The notes under the pieces were generated by a model, which saw only the letters and a program-made list of their open reading frames with translations, was not told where the DNA came from and searched no databases. The translations under genes were made by a program, and so were the position numbers. A stretch of DNA of 64,000 bases from Camelus dromedarius (taxonomy: Eukaryota), in the NCBI RefSeq assembly GCF_036321535.1, contig NC_087454.1, forward strand, positions 17,794,001 to 17,858,000, in the 5' to 3' direction. Every line of letters begins with the position of its first letter. Within the stretch, counting starts at the first letter, position 1. Positions 1 to 11,965 of this stretch are shown in pieces.

Positions 1-216
1 TTCTCAACACTTTCCTAGATACTCCTCACGTTTGATCATACCCTTTCCTCAGTCAGGGACACCCTCATTTTCTGCACCTCTAGAAAACTTGCTCTTCAAG
101 ATTCACTTTCAATATTGCTTTTTATTCACAGGCATTTATGATTAATTATGATTAGTCAGAATTAGTTCCTATTCATGTTCATTCATGTGCATTTTGTTCA
201 TTCTACGAAACAAAGA

Positions 217-217
217 A

Positions 218-288
<71 letters not shown>
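217..288 (+). repeat. (AAAG)18 tetranucleotide microsatellite
   Basis: 72 nt of uninterrupted AAAG units; explains the low-complexity ORFs at 169-568. Confidence 0.97.
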
Positions 289-1130
289 GGGGGAGGGAAG
301 GGAAAGGGGGGGGAAGGCAGCTAAACAGCTTTTTTCACCCTTTCCCCAATTCATTTTTTCACTAGAGGTCAATCTCAACATTTTTAGCACTGCATCCCTT
401 GGAAAATCGAATGAAAGTTGGGAAACATTTCCCCTAGAAAACCACTCAAGAAACACACAGGTATTTGGAAGGAAAACAGAATTCACGGTTCCTCGGACTC
501 AAATGACCCGGGAGGAGAGCCCCAAGAGTCAAGGATTCTTCTCTATGCAAATCACCCTAAAGTATTGAAGAAGCGGCAATAACACTGAATAAAAACTGAG
601 CCGTAGTAAGATCTGTTGTTTAATTTCCCAGATTGTTTTATTAACCACTAATTAGGAGTCCAGATTCGCCAGCTCCCCTGAGGTCGACTCCAGTGAGATC
701 ATCTCTGGGAACCTCTGATCCCTACGGACTTCCCGCAGCGCTGGGGCGGCAGGACCAGGCTCCCTGACACGGGACGGTGACAGCAAAATCTGGTTTAGCC
801 CAGGCTGGTCGTGCCACGCCCATCGTCTGCCCGGACTTGACCCTGAGGTACTGCCAGGGTCCAAGCAGCCCGAGAAAGGGAGTGAAGGCCCAGGTAAATG
901 TGTTTCTACCACGTCTCAACCACTTTTAGGACTCCTGTAAAAGCTAAGCCCGTTTTTAACCCGTCGTAGCTTTTCCACTCTAGTTCTTTGTCCGTTCGTG
1001 TGGAAGCCAGCCATCCCCACATCTCCCAGATGTTTCCAAGCGTCTTTCTATCCAAGATAGAGGGTTTCTAAATATAAACTCTGAAACAAAGTACCTCAGA
1101 GGCCGGCACACGGTAAGATCAGCACCTGAG

Positions 1131-1212
1131 GACGAGGTGGCCGAGTGGTTAAGGCGATGGACTGCTAATCCATTGTGCTCTGCACGCGTGGGTTCGAATC
1201 CCATCCTCGTCG
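1131..1212 (+). tRNA. tRNA-Ser(GCT)
   Basis: 82 nt GACGAGGTGGCCGAGTGG...GGTTCGAATCCCATCCTCGTCG; anticodon arm ATGGA-CT-GCT-AA-TCCAT, long variable arm, A and B boxes, TTTT at 1223-1226. Confidence 0.98.
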
Positions 1213-1525
1213 ATTATGGCACTTTTAGTACGAAGAAGAAAGGAAGACCCTTTCTTGACTTTGAAATCCACCTAGGAGAAAGCTGCCCTTGTTCCCTACT
1301 GCTACGATGGTATGCGTTTATACTTGATTGTACTGCTTAAACTGGATGCTTCTGTGATAAAAGTTCCTTCTGGTAGGCTTACCTTCTGGAGGCTGGAAAG
1401 AGGGGGCAGAGGAGGAAATAAAAGATATGAATCCGGCAGAAACGAGTTTGGTCACTCCAGTCCCCCATTTTAGAAGTTACTACTCCTATGAGCAGTAAAA
1501 TAAATTAAAAAAAAAAGTCAGCAGG

Positions 1526-1573
1526 AAAAACAAAAACAAAAACAAAAACCACACACACACACACACACACACA
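1526..1573 (+). repeat. Compound (AAAAAC)n/(CA)n microsatellite
   Basis: Read directly from the sequence. Confidence 0.9.
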
Positions 1574-2404
1574 AACCACAGCAGGACAAACACACCAAGG
1601 CAGAATTTCAGTTACTTAGATTCTCAAGAACAAATCTACTGACCAAAATTCAGGAAACATATAGCACTGAAGAGATGAGCACACCAGTTTTTAAAAGATT
1701 AAGAAATTCAGAAGTAAGTTACTTTCAAGTGACAACCACACAACCTCTTTCCAAAAGGCCACATTCAAGATGCTGCTTAAGAATGAAATTAAGAACCTGT
1801 TGCTGAAGAGTGATTAAGTTGGATATTCCCAGACTGTACCCCTCTGAGAACTTAGAAAGGAAGGTGTCCCATGTAAGGACCACTTGGAAAGAAGTATGGT
1901 TTAGAGACATTCAGAGGAACACAGCATCCCAGGATTTGGTAGGAGAGATGATGGGAAAGTCTGGAAAGAGTGACTTGGAAGACCTCATCTGAGCCTGACT
2001 TCAGATGAATTGAAAGTTGACTCATAAGAGCCCAATAAAGCAGTATTCTGAGATTAAAATTTGTTCTTTGTGGTAAGAGATAATACATGCATATACTTCA
2101 CTCTACCATATTGCTGCTAAAATACTCCAAACTGAAAGGATGTCCTCTTTCCCTGAGGTACTCACATTTATTAATGTTCTTGGCCTGCCAAGAAGTGATG
2201 TTCTTGATTATGCATAAGGTGGGAATCGCATAAGCCACAGACTAGACACCAGACAAGTTTTCCTGGAAGCACTTTGCAGGCATTATTTCTACCTGTGAAT
2301 TAGAGTTCTTGTTCCTTACTTGTAGGCTTTTCATAACTAATTTTAAAAAGGTATATTGCAAATGTTTTTCCTATTATAGTTTAATATGACTGAAGAATTG
2401 AATT

Positions 2405-2752
2405 TTTACTTTTATTTAAAAAAAACTTTACTTATGTATAATTGGCATATGATCAACTGCATATATTTAAAGAGTACATTTTAATGAGTTTTGACATATA
2501 TATACACATGAAAGCATGACCCCAATCAAGAAAGTGAACTTATCTATCTTCCTTAAAGTCTCATTGTCCCTTTTTGTAATTCTTTTCTCCTGCCCACTAT
2601 GTTCCCCATTTCCACAGGACAACTGGTCCACATTTTGTCACTGTAGATTAGCTTGCATTTTCTAAAGTTATGTATAAATATAATTCAGTATGTACTTTAT
2701 TTTGATTGGCTCCTTTCATTCAGCATAATTATTTTGAGATTTATCCATGTTA
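2405..2752 (-). mobile_element. Old L1 (L1MB-like) 3' end remnant
   Basis: Motifs such as GTACATTTTAATGAGTTTTGACA and CATTCAGCATAATTATTTTGAGATTTATCCATGTT resemble recalled L1MB 3' UTR sequence. Confidence 0.65.
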
Positions 2753-2756
2753 TATA

Positions 2757-3160
2757 TGTAGTGGACAGATCCCAATGAGCCTCCAAATTCTGGTTTTCAG
2801 ACTTTTGTCTATGTCCTCCTCTTGAGTGTGAGTTGGACCTGTGACTTACTTATAATTAATATAATATGACAAAGATGATTGGATCATTTCTGTGATTATA
2901 CTGAGCTATATATGACTCAGTCTTGCTAGCAGACTCACTATAGAGAGCATTCTTGCTGGCTTCATGGTGTAAGTGGTCAAGAAGGGAAAGCTCACTAGGC
3001 AAGAGCTTCAGGTACCTCTAGAAAGTGCGGGTAGCCCCTAGGAACTGAAAGATACCTCCAGCTAACTATCAGCAAGAAGCCTCAGCCCTCAATCCTTAAG
3101 CTGCAAGGAAATGAATTCTGCAGACTATCTGAGTGAGCTTGGAAGTAGATTCTTCCACAG
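2757..3160 (+). mobile_element. MLT1-type ERVL-MaLR solo LTR, cut at its 3' end by a MER34-like LTR
   Basis: TGTAGTGG start; GCTGCAAGGAAATGAATTCTGC and GAGTGAGCTTGGAAGTAGATTCTTCC are MLT1 core motifs. Confidence 0.65.
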
Positions 3161-3165
3161 CGAAG

Positions 3166-3619
3166 TGAAGGGTAGAAAAATATGCGACCCCAAAATACAC
3201 CTCTTTGGCATACGAGCTGATTATTTGGAGCTGATTATTTTTGAGAAAAAAAAGACACAGGAGAAGCTCTAAACACAGTGGAATTTACTCTTTTATAAGG
3301 GAGCTTTACATTTATAAGGGAAGTCTCCATTTGTAAGAATGTCTCCCTCTCTATACCAGGAAGAGAAACTTAACAATAGAGAAGGTACCTGACTTAAATC
3401 TGCATAAGAACCTTACCTGCTTTCATCTTTAGTTGAAGATGGTATTTAGTGTAATGGTGTGGGGCATTTCAGGGAGTTTTTTTCAGTTTTTCTGGGTACC
3501 TTCCATGTATATACAAGGTATACAGGTTATTGTAGATGAGCAAAATTTGCCTGTCCAAAATGTGTCTCTTAGGTATTATTTTGATAAGACAAGACTCAGG
3601 AAGTTTTTCTTCTTACCTC
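3166..3619 (+). mobile_element. MER34/MER39-like ERV1 solo LTR
   Basis: 5' end TGAAGGGTAGAAAAATATGCGACCCCAAAATACACCTCTTTGGCAT is shared with copies at 11966, 14038, 27893 and 32306. Confidence 0.65.
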
Positions 3620-4539
3620 AGTTATAAAAATGACACTCAAAGGCCTCACTAACAAGATGAATACTTGTAATAGGACCTCCATGTCCTTCCTTACAAAAGC
3701 ATGGAGGTCCCATCCTAGGAAGGGAACAGGAATTCAGCCACCCCACAGCTTTCCTGACCAGGCTCAACCCCTGGGCACTTCGTCAAAGAGACACACACTT
3801 CTCAAAGATAAACATCAGGATTATTTTCTGGGAAGATGCAGCCATTGTGGTTCCCAGTGTAGGAACAGGTTTGGCCTTGGCTAACCCTCCTCGGGTCACT
3901 GGCTCATGGGCACCTGCTGAGAAGTTTTAGCCACTCTACTTACTACTAGGAAAAGAGTTCCAAGCTAGATAATGAGAAAAGCAAGAGGAGAAACCATGAG
4001 AAGAACATAGCCATTAGCCATTTGAGTTAGAGGGGCAAAGAGAATCCACATTTCTACATTTATGTTTGTGTAAAGAAATTTTAGATACCCATCTAGATAC
4101 ACTAGATACACTAATAAATAGGAAACTAATAAACAAGGTTCTTTGTTATGGATGGAGAAACTAGGAAGCTGAAGTAAGATTGTTTATTGTATTTATATAT
4201 GAAATTATTAAACCCTAGCAATAAGCTTCCTAATAGAAACCACAAAAGTTTTAGCTGCATTATCTTAAAGGGCCACAAGATGGCAATAGCGTTTCTTGAT
4301 TGACCAGCCTGTGAGCTGGAAGGAGGGGACTGCAGCTGCTGTGAGCTCCTCCCTTGTGCAAATTCCTTCTCTTCTTGCTCCCTTAGTTCCAGTACTGGAA
4401 TCTCTCTTTGCCAACTCGTGATTCCTCTCGTTGTCACCCTTTGTTGACCAAAAGAGAATTATGTTAGTTAATTGGGCTGGCTTTTAAAAATCTTTTTTGG
4501 GGGGAGGGGAGCAGAGTAGAGAAGAGAGGCGGGGAAGGG

Positions 4540-5450
4540 ATTATGGACATCTTGAAGGATACAGAAAAGTACACAAAAAGGAATAACGTACCTTCAAGTG
4601 ACCTTCACGCATGTTCACCAATTACCAACATCTTGCCCGTGTTGTTTCATTATCTAGATGTACACTGGGCAGAAGGGTGACAGTGTAAGGAAATCATAAA
4701 CATGTTTTTTCAATCATCAATATTTTCACAAACATCCTAACAGATACAGAGTTAAACAAAATACAAGATTTTCTCACCTAAGAAAAATTTTAGATGATTT
4801 GTAACATCACCCAGTATTTAGTACTTAAAATCCTCAATGGCCTCAAACATGTTTTTACAATGATTTTTGTCTGACTGGGATTCCATTAGATTTACAAATG
4901 GCAGTTGGTTGCTATTCTCTTAAATTTATTTTAATTCATAACATTTAACCAAATCTCCAAATAGCTGAGATTGCTCTTTGGAAAAGGAAAATTAGGAAAC
5001 CATAACCAAAATTAGGAAACCATAACCATAGGTAATGAGAATTCTCATTGTCCATGGATTGTCATTGCGTGTAGACCTCTACTGTGAGGAGCGCTAGTTG
5101 AAAAAAGTGTTTTCTAAAAAGAAAAAAAGACCATACTGATTATTTTCCTTTCAAATTGAAGTCAAAGGGTTTTTACTTAACATTTTTAAGTTTATAATTG
5201 AAATTCTTTTATTCTTAGTGTTAAATCTTAGTTTCTTATGATAAAAATAACGTGCTTTCTATATCTATAGACAAAATAGGAAAAGACATTTTAATACTTT
5301 TATTATTCTGAGTTAGAAATCAGAAATAAAGAGAAGGTTTGAACCTACTAAAACCTGACCTCAGGTGAGGTCAAGGGCAGATTTTAGTAGAATTAGACTT
5401 TTCAACCCCTTCCTCATTTAAAATTGATATTCACTAATATTCTGTTCTTC
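4540..5450 (-). mobile_element. Ancient L1 (L1MC-like) remnant containing a perfect 20-bp tandem duplication at 4988-5027
   Basis: L1MC-like 3' motifs; AAAATTAGGAAACCATAACC occurs twice in tandem. Confidence 0.45.
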
Positions 5451-8129
5451 CCAAATGAAGAAAGAACATAGAAGGCTTGATGCTGTGGAATAGCTTAAAA
5501 AGAAAATGCCTCCTCTATGAAGTGTAATATAACACTTTTATCTTCATCGTTAGTGTTTTCATGTTTTGTTTAAGAAATCCTTTTATACTGTGAGGTATTC
5601 TCCTACCTTACCTTCTAAGGAGCCTTAATGGTTTTCCTTTTGCTTATTTTAAGGATCTTTTTTTCCCCTTGTGGATAACCAATTTCCCTCATAAATTTTT
5701 GCACAGCTTATTGCTACCTCATTTACCTCCTCTCTCTCCTTTCTAAAGATTCAACAAAAAATTAGGTGTGACCCTTGGCTTTCTATCTAATTCAGTTGGT
5801 AAATGTGTCAATCTCTGTGCAATGCCACCGAGTATTATAGCTGTATGAGTCTTTTTTGTTACTAAATTATGTTTTATCCCATCAGGAGTTCCTTGGATTA
5901 CTTCTTAACTACTTTGATCCTCAAATAAATGTTAAATTAATCTCCAATTAACATCTAAAACTAGTGTTAGGATTTTGACTAAAATTACCTGATTTTATCA
6001 GCTCTTCATTGGATACTAAAACTTTAAAAAAATAATAAAAATAAAAAATAAACATAGCAGAATGAGCCCTGCTTGAAATGAAATTTTTTTCAAGTTCGTT
6101 ATTAAGTGTGATAGCAGAGGTACTACTCCATTTCTACCTCCTTTTAGTTCTTTAATCAATGTATTTTGACAGTGGGAGAAATTAGGCCTATTTTTTTGTG
6201 ACTACTTAACACATATAAATAGATTCAAATCGATGGACAGTTTGTAAATGTAGTTATTACTAATTGGATATTTTTCATATATCATTAACAATTGAAAATA
6301 AAGTTAACAAAAATGTGTATTATGATAAAATTAACTTTAATATATCAAATAGTTGAAGAATAGATGTCTGCATGGTATCCACCTAAAGGACCACTAATCT
6401 TTTGATACTTCGTAGGTTTGTCTCTATTAACTCCCCAGGGAATGCGTGCTTTGATTTCAACAACTGTTGTAGATAGTTTACAAAAAAAATATGCGTGCAG
6501 TAGAAAAACCAAATATAATGATTTAATGTAGCCCGAAAAAAAGTCCTTTACAAACAGCTAGAGTTCATCTAAGGCAATGGTCAAGGCAACATTCTGGTTT
6601 GTGACCTCTGGGATAGACCTGGTAACTAACTAGTTCTAAGTATTTTGAGCAACAAATATCTATTTATTTTGTGATAAGATACATCACAAGGTACATTTTT
6701 TCAAATGACATTCTGTGTTCATTTAGCTTTGAACTAGTTCCTCTGAAGCTGATTAGTAATTAGTTAAATTGATAGCATTTGTTTTTTCAAGCAAAGGATT
6801 ATATCCTTGCCTTACTCATAAGGAGACTCCACCAAGGTGCAAACAAAGATTGTTACCAAAAGATGACAATTTATTTACCTGATTTATTTATTTCTTAGGC
6901 AGTTTAATTTTCTGAGTAATAAGAGAATTGGCTGGGACTTTTTGAACTTTGTAGTTTTCAAAAACTTAGTCTTTCCAAATTTTCATCTGGGGATAGACTA
7001 TTGCCTATGACTCATCTTCTACCCTAATCCCTCTACTTTTTCCACAAATTCTTCTTATTCTGATTCCTATATCCTATAAGACAAAGAAACAGTAAAAAAA
7101 AGAGTATTTAGTTTGGAAATTATCATCTGATTATTTGGATTAATGGAGAAACAAGAAACAACAAAAATCATTTATGTTTTATTTACAGAACTTGGTTACC
7201 ATTAGTGTGGGATGGAGATGGTGAAGGAAAATAATTTTCTTTCTTCCTTTCTTTCCTTCTTTATTTTCAAGTATAATGAGTGTACATTCCCTATATGGAA
7301 ACATACAAGAAATCGGTTAATAGCAACTCAAATGGATATCTATGAAAAACTACATGGAAGCAGTATCCAAATGCTGGACAAACTATTAGAAAAGGCTCAT
7401 AAAAGGGAAGAAAATTCAGAGAGCAAAGTTGAAGTGGGCATTGAAATAAGGGTAGGATGAGTCAACAAGGGGGAAGAGTGTATTTGATAATGGATTTAAC
7501 AAAATACTGGTTGCTTTTAGACATTATTACTATGCTAAAGGTAGATTCATTTTAGATAAATCAGGTAATTTTATTTATGTAAATTAAATTCATGTAAAAT
7601 TACTACCTAAACTAAAACACAGCCACAGTGGAAGCTTCCAAATGCTTTGAAGATCATAGCTTTTTACCTAAAAGACACACAATTTGAACAGCTATAATCT
7701 AGAGAAGCATTATTGTTTGTTGGTTGCCTGGTTCTCATTTATGACAACCTGATGTGGAATTTGTTTTTCTTCACTGGTCCCAGGCAAAGTCAAAATAGGA
7801 TTTAAAATACAAACCAAAGGACCTTTAAAATAGAAACTGTTGTCTCAGAAGCCTGAGATAAACCCCTCAAGCTTCTCTGCCTTTACTAGACACCAAACAG
7901 TCCTGTTTTGTCTTATAATGTTTATTACATGGATATACGACAAAAGAAAAGCAGTATCCTAATTAAAAATAAACCGTTGGTATTTCAGGTTGAAAATTAC
8001 ACCCACCAAGTTCCTTTCTCTCCAAAGAAAATCTCAAGATGATACATTTCATTCTCTAAATGAATAAAGTGCTAAAAAAAATGGAAAAAATGAAAAGCAG
8101 GATAGATTACCCGAATATGTTTACTGAAG

Positions 8130-8330
8130 GCCCGTGTGTGCGCTGGACCTGGGGAGGCGGGAAGCGGATATACCTCCCGCGCACTGAAACCCTCAAGTCT
8201 CTGCCCGGGTGCCCGCAACCAATCAGGACGTGGAGGGGAAGGACAGGCGCGCCCCGCGAAAATTTAAACTGCCCGCGCAAAATCTGCTCCCCTGCAGGAG
8301 TTCGACTCTTTGTCCCTGACAGGTGACTGG
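8130..8330 (+). promoter_or_regulatory. CpG-rich orphan promoter-like element
   Basis: CCAAT at 8219-8223, CCGCG-AAAA-TTTAAA at 8254-8268, GTTCGACTC B-box match near 8300; no coding sequence follows. Confidence 0.45.
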
Positions 8331-8668
8331 GGAGTATTTGAATTTGCTACGAACTTTTAAAAGTATTGCTTCCCTCATTAATTAACCTAATGGGTATCAG
8401 AATTGGTAGGGACTTTTTAGATGTAGGAGTTTCCTAAATGATAAACGGAAAGCCCGGGGCAAGGTTACTTTACATAAGAAGTTCTAGACTTATGCCAGGA
8501 TCAGGTACCGTTGTCCCTGTCGTTAGCGAATCTCGCGCTTGGCATGACAGGAAAGTCTACATAAGATTGCTACAGTAATTCCTTTATCTCGCAACTAAAA
8601 ACTCTAATGGAGTTACAAAGGCTTAATACAAAAGAGCATACACCAGCTCTCTCACTGAGAACATGGGT

Positions 8669-8684
8669 GGCTCTTAAAAGAGCC
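8669..8684 (-). terminator. Histone 3' stem-loop of the first H2B
   Basis: Minus strand GGCTCTTTTAAGAGCC followed by ACCCA and a purine-rich downstream element GAGAGAGCTG. Confidence 0.95.
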
Positions 8685-8713
8685 GTTAGGGTTGTTTACA
8701 GCCAACTCACTGT

Positions 8714-9094
8714 TTACTTGGCGCTGGTATACTTCGTNNNNNNNNNNNNNNNNNNNNNNNNNNNNNNNNNNNNNNNNNNNNNNNNNNNNNNNNNNNNNNN
8801 NNNNNNNNNNNNNNNNNNNNNNNNNNNNNNNNNNNNNNNNNNNNNNNNNNNNNNNNNNNNNNNNNNNNCCGCGATGCGCTCGAATATGNNNNNNNNNNNN
8901 NNNNNNNNNNNNNNNNNNNNNNNNNNNNNNNNNNNNNNNNNNNNNNNNNNNNNNNNNNNNNNNNNNNNNNNNNNNNNNNNNNNNNNNNNNNNNNNNNNNN
9001 NNNNNNNNNNNNNNNNNNNNNNNNNNNNNNNNNNNNNNNNNNNNNNNNNNNNNNNNNNNNNNNNNNNNNGGGCTGACTTAGCCGGTTCAGGCAT
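8714..9094 (-). CDS. H2BC11: Replication-dependent histone H2B, mostly N-masked; probable H2BC11 orthologue
   Basis: Visible [14 protein letters not shown] and TKYTSAK-stop sit at exactly the 381-nt spacing of the second H2B; stem-loop, TATA and octamer present. Most of the CDS cannot be read; symbol from synteny. Confidence 0.85.
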   Translation of the reverse strand: MPEPAKSAXXXXXXXXXXXXXXXXXXXXXXXXXXXXXXXXXXXXXXXXXXXXXXXXXXXXXXXXXXXXXIFERIAXXXXXXXXXXXXXXXXXXXXXXXXXXXXXXXXXXXXXXXXXXXXTKYTSAK

Positions 9095-9172
9095 AATTAC
9101 AGCAACTCAACTTGCCTCAACAAAAAAATGACAGGAAAAGATAGAGCAACAAGAAGAAAGCACAACGTGTCC

Positions 9173-9390
9173 TTTTTATATAGAATCTCTTATGCAAATA
9201 AGGTGAAATAAGTAAAGTCTTGTGTCTGATTGGTGGCTGTTCAAGAAAACGTCAGAAATTAGTTCTGACCAATCAGAATACAAGAGTCCCAAGCTCGCAT
9301 TTTTCATTGGTTAAAAATGAAGCCGCACTCCTAACCAATGAGACATCTTCTTTTTCGCGCCCAATAAGGGTTATAAAAAATGCAGTCGCT
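9173..9390. promoter_or_regulatory. Bidirectional H2B/H2A promoter 1
   Basis: H2B TATA 9173-9182 (minus), octamer ATGCAAAT 9192-9199, several CCAAT boxes, E2F-type TTTCGCGC, H2A TATA TTATAAAA at 9371. Confidence 0.9.
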
Positions 9391-9428
9391 GCACTTTCGC
9401 TTTAGCAACTGCCTGTAAGGTTGTTTAG

Positions 9429-9827
<399 letters not shown>

Positions 9828-9867
9828 TGGCCTAGATCAACAGCAACTAGAATAAATCCAAATCAAA

Positions 9868-9883
9868 GGCTCTTTTCAGAGCC
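9868..9883 (+). terminator. Histone 3' stem-loop of the first H2A
   Basis: Canonical GGCTCTTTTCAGAGCC flanked by AAA and ACCCA. Confidence 0.96.
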
Positions 9884-10096
9884 ACCCACATTTTCTGGAA
9901 AAGAACTTAACATTCCTGTTGTGTCAGGTGGTGAAAAGACATTCAATCGGAAAAGTCTGAGTCACTCTTTACAAACCTCCGCTTTGTTGGATGTGTTTTT
10001 GTAGTGACTATACTCACCACTAGGACTATAAATGCGTCACAAGTAGCAATTCGCATCACCGGTTTCTGAAATACATTAGTACAAAATATATTTAAT

Positions 10097-10436
10097 CTGG
10101 CTCGAATTTAACAGATGGTGCAGTAAAGAGCTGACCACGCAGGCAGCTCGCAAGAGCCCGCCGGCCACAGACGGCGTGAAGAAGCCGCACCGCTACCGGC
10201 CCGGCACGGTAGCTCTGCGCGAGATACGCCGCTACCGCAAGTTCACAAACCCGCTGATCCGCAAGCTGCTGTACCAGCGGCTGGTGCGCGAGATCGCGGA
10301 GGACTTCATGATCTGCGCTTCCAGAACTAGGCAGTGATGGCGCTGCAGGAGGCGGGCGAGGCCTACCTTGGGGGCTCTTCGAGGACGCCAACCTGTGCGA
10401 CATCCACGCCAAGCGACTTACCATCATGCCTAAAAA
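10097..10436 (+). pseudogene. Histone H3 pseudogene
   Basis: Encodes [28 protein letters not shown] and [23 protein letters not shown] replaced by CTG (10097), TAA at codon 4 (10109), tail deletion, frameshifts, TAG at 10328, 3' truncated, no stem-loop; TATAAA at 10027. Confidence 0.93.
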
Positions 10437-11965
10437 TGTAGTTACTCTACAGATAAATAGAGAGCTTCATGATAGGATTATCTCCCCCACCCAAATGCTA
10501 TCTGCCACCATACACTTTGGCTAACAGCCCATGTGCTGCTAGGCATTTCTCTCACCATTCTTAATGTTGCTAAATTAAGTAAAATACTGGGATTGCATCT
10601 GTAGGTATCTCACCATTCTGGAGCTCGAGAAAGGTTTCTCATATTTGGGATGCGCCCCAAACCTCAAGTGCTGTTACCTCAGGAGAATGTGACCAGGTGG
10701 TTATTCTAACAAACTTTAAATCAATCAAGACATTTAAGAAATTATTTCCCCTAACTATTGCCATTGATACCTAAAGCTTTGCTAATCCCAGTGTATTAAA
10801 CTTTTGTAGACCTAAAGTACTGATGGGGTAAAGAAAATAGTGTAGATTATAGTAGGATTGGACAAAAGGCTGTTTATTAGTAGTGGGGAAACACAGTGTG
10901 TTGCCGGGTTCCTGACAGAAGCCAAGGCCTCTCAGCAAAACTGACAGGGTTATCTATGGAAGAGTTATTTTATGTGACATTACAAGTAATTTTTGTTGCT
11001 ATAACCAAATGCGGAATACTCCTGCCCATGGTTTTTATTGCCTATGTCGCAGAATCTAGCCTCCTGTTCTCCACCTGCTGAACTCAACCTGATGTAATTT
11101 TTTTTTTAAGTATGAACAACTTTGTGTAGTAAAATTTATGGGAACACTCTTCAGAATAATGTTTTAAGTGTATAAACTGCAAAACTTGCAAAAAACTAGT
11201 AGTTATCAAGGTATATTTCTAAAAGTAAATTTGATAGCGTGATGTACGTGCTTATACAGTATGTTAACTATGTAGTTAACAAATTACGTTATCCAATCTT
11301 TTGGTAAGCCTAAATGCCATCAGCAGGTAAGTATAAACCATGGTTTAGGTAACTCGCCCTTAGGAGAAAAGAAACTTCTGTGACTTCTGTTGGGTAACAA
11401 AGTAACAGGTACTGAGGTTTTTCGCCTAAATTCATAACAAAGTGAAATGCTAAAGTTCAGTGAAAGGTTAATTCAACTATATTTTTTCTCTACCTGGACC
11501 CATGACTTCCCTCATCACTACCCCTACCCCCACCCCATCCATACCCTGCTGACTTTTATCCTCAGAGGTATTGTGGCATATATGGACCCCGGGTTAAAAA
11601 CCCTTCCTGTAAAATTTGGTCAACCTACCCCAGTCTTTCTCAAGTTAATTTTAATTTTTCACTGAAACTGCCTTTTCCTATCTGGAATTTCTTTAGCACT
11701 TAAGTCTATTAATATCATAATTATTTATACCCTTTTATTATCTCTATTTTGTACTTACAATATAACTCCTTCCAATCCTAGTATAAATAAGACTTCTTGG
11801 AATAAAAACAAATGCTGACAGCAATATCTAACAATGATAGACACTCAAGTGGCCCACCAAAAAATAGTAAAATACTCAACTTTTTCATAGAGTGTTTAGA
11901 AGCTATGTAACCCAAGTGATTTCATTCATTATTTAACTGTTCTGTCTTTAAATATGTCTTCCAAC

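Noticed and set aside
169-568. ORFs of 105 and 127 aa
   Set aside because: Products of the AAAG microsatellite.
3673-3710. 11-bp perfect inverted repeat GGACCTCCATG with a 16-nt loop
   Set aside because: A rough estimate gives about 0.3 such repeats by chance in 64 kb; no supporting context.
3630-4450. Possible vomeronasal receptor pseudogene, expected from synteny
   Set aside because: No receptor-like translation found in the part I translated by eye; tblastn would be needed.
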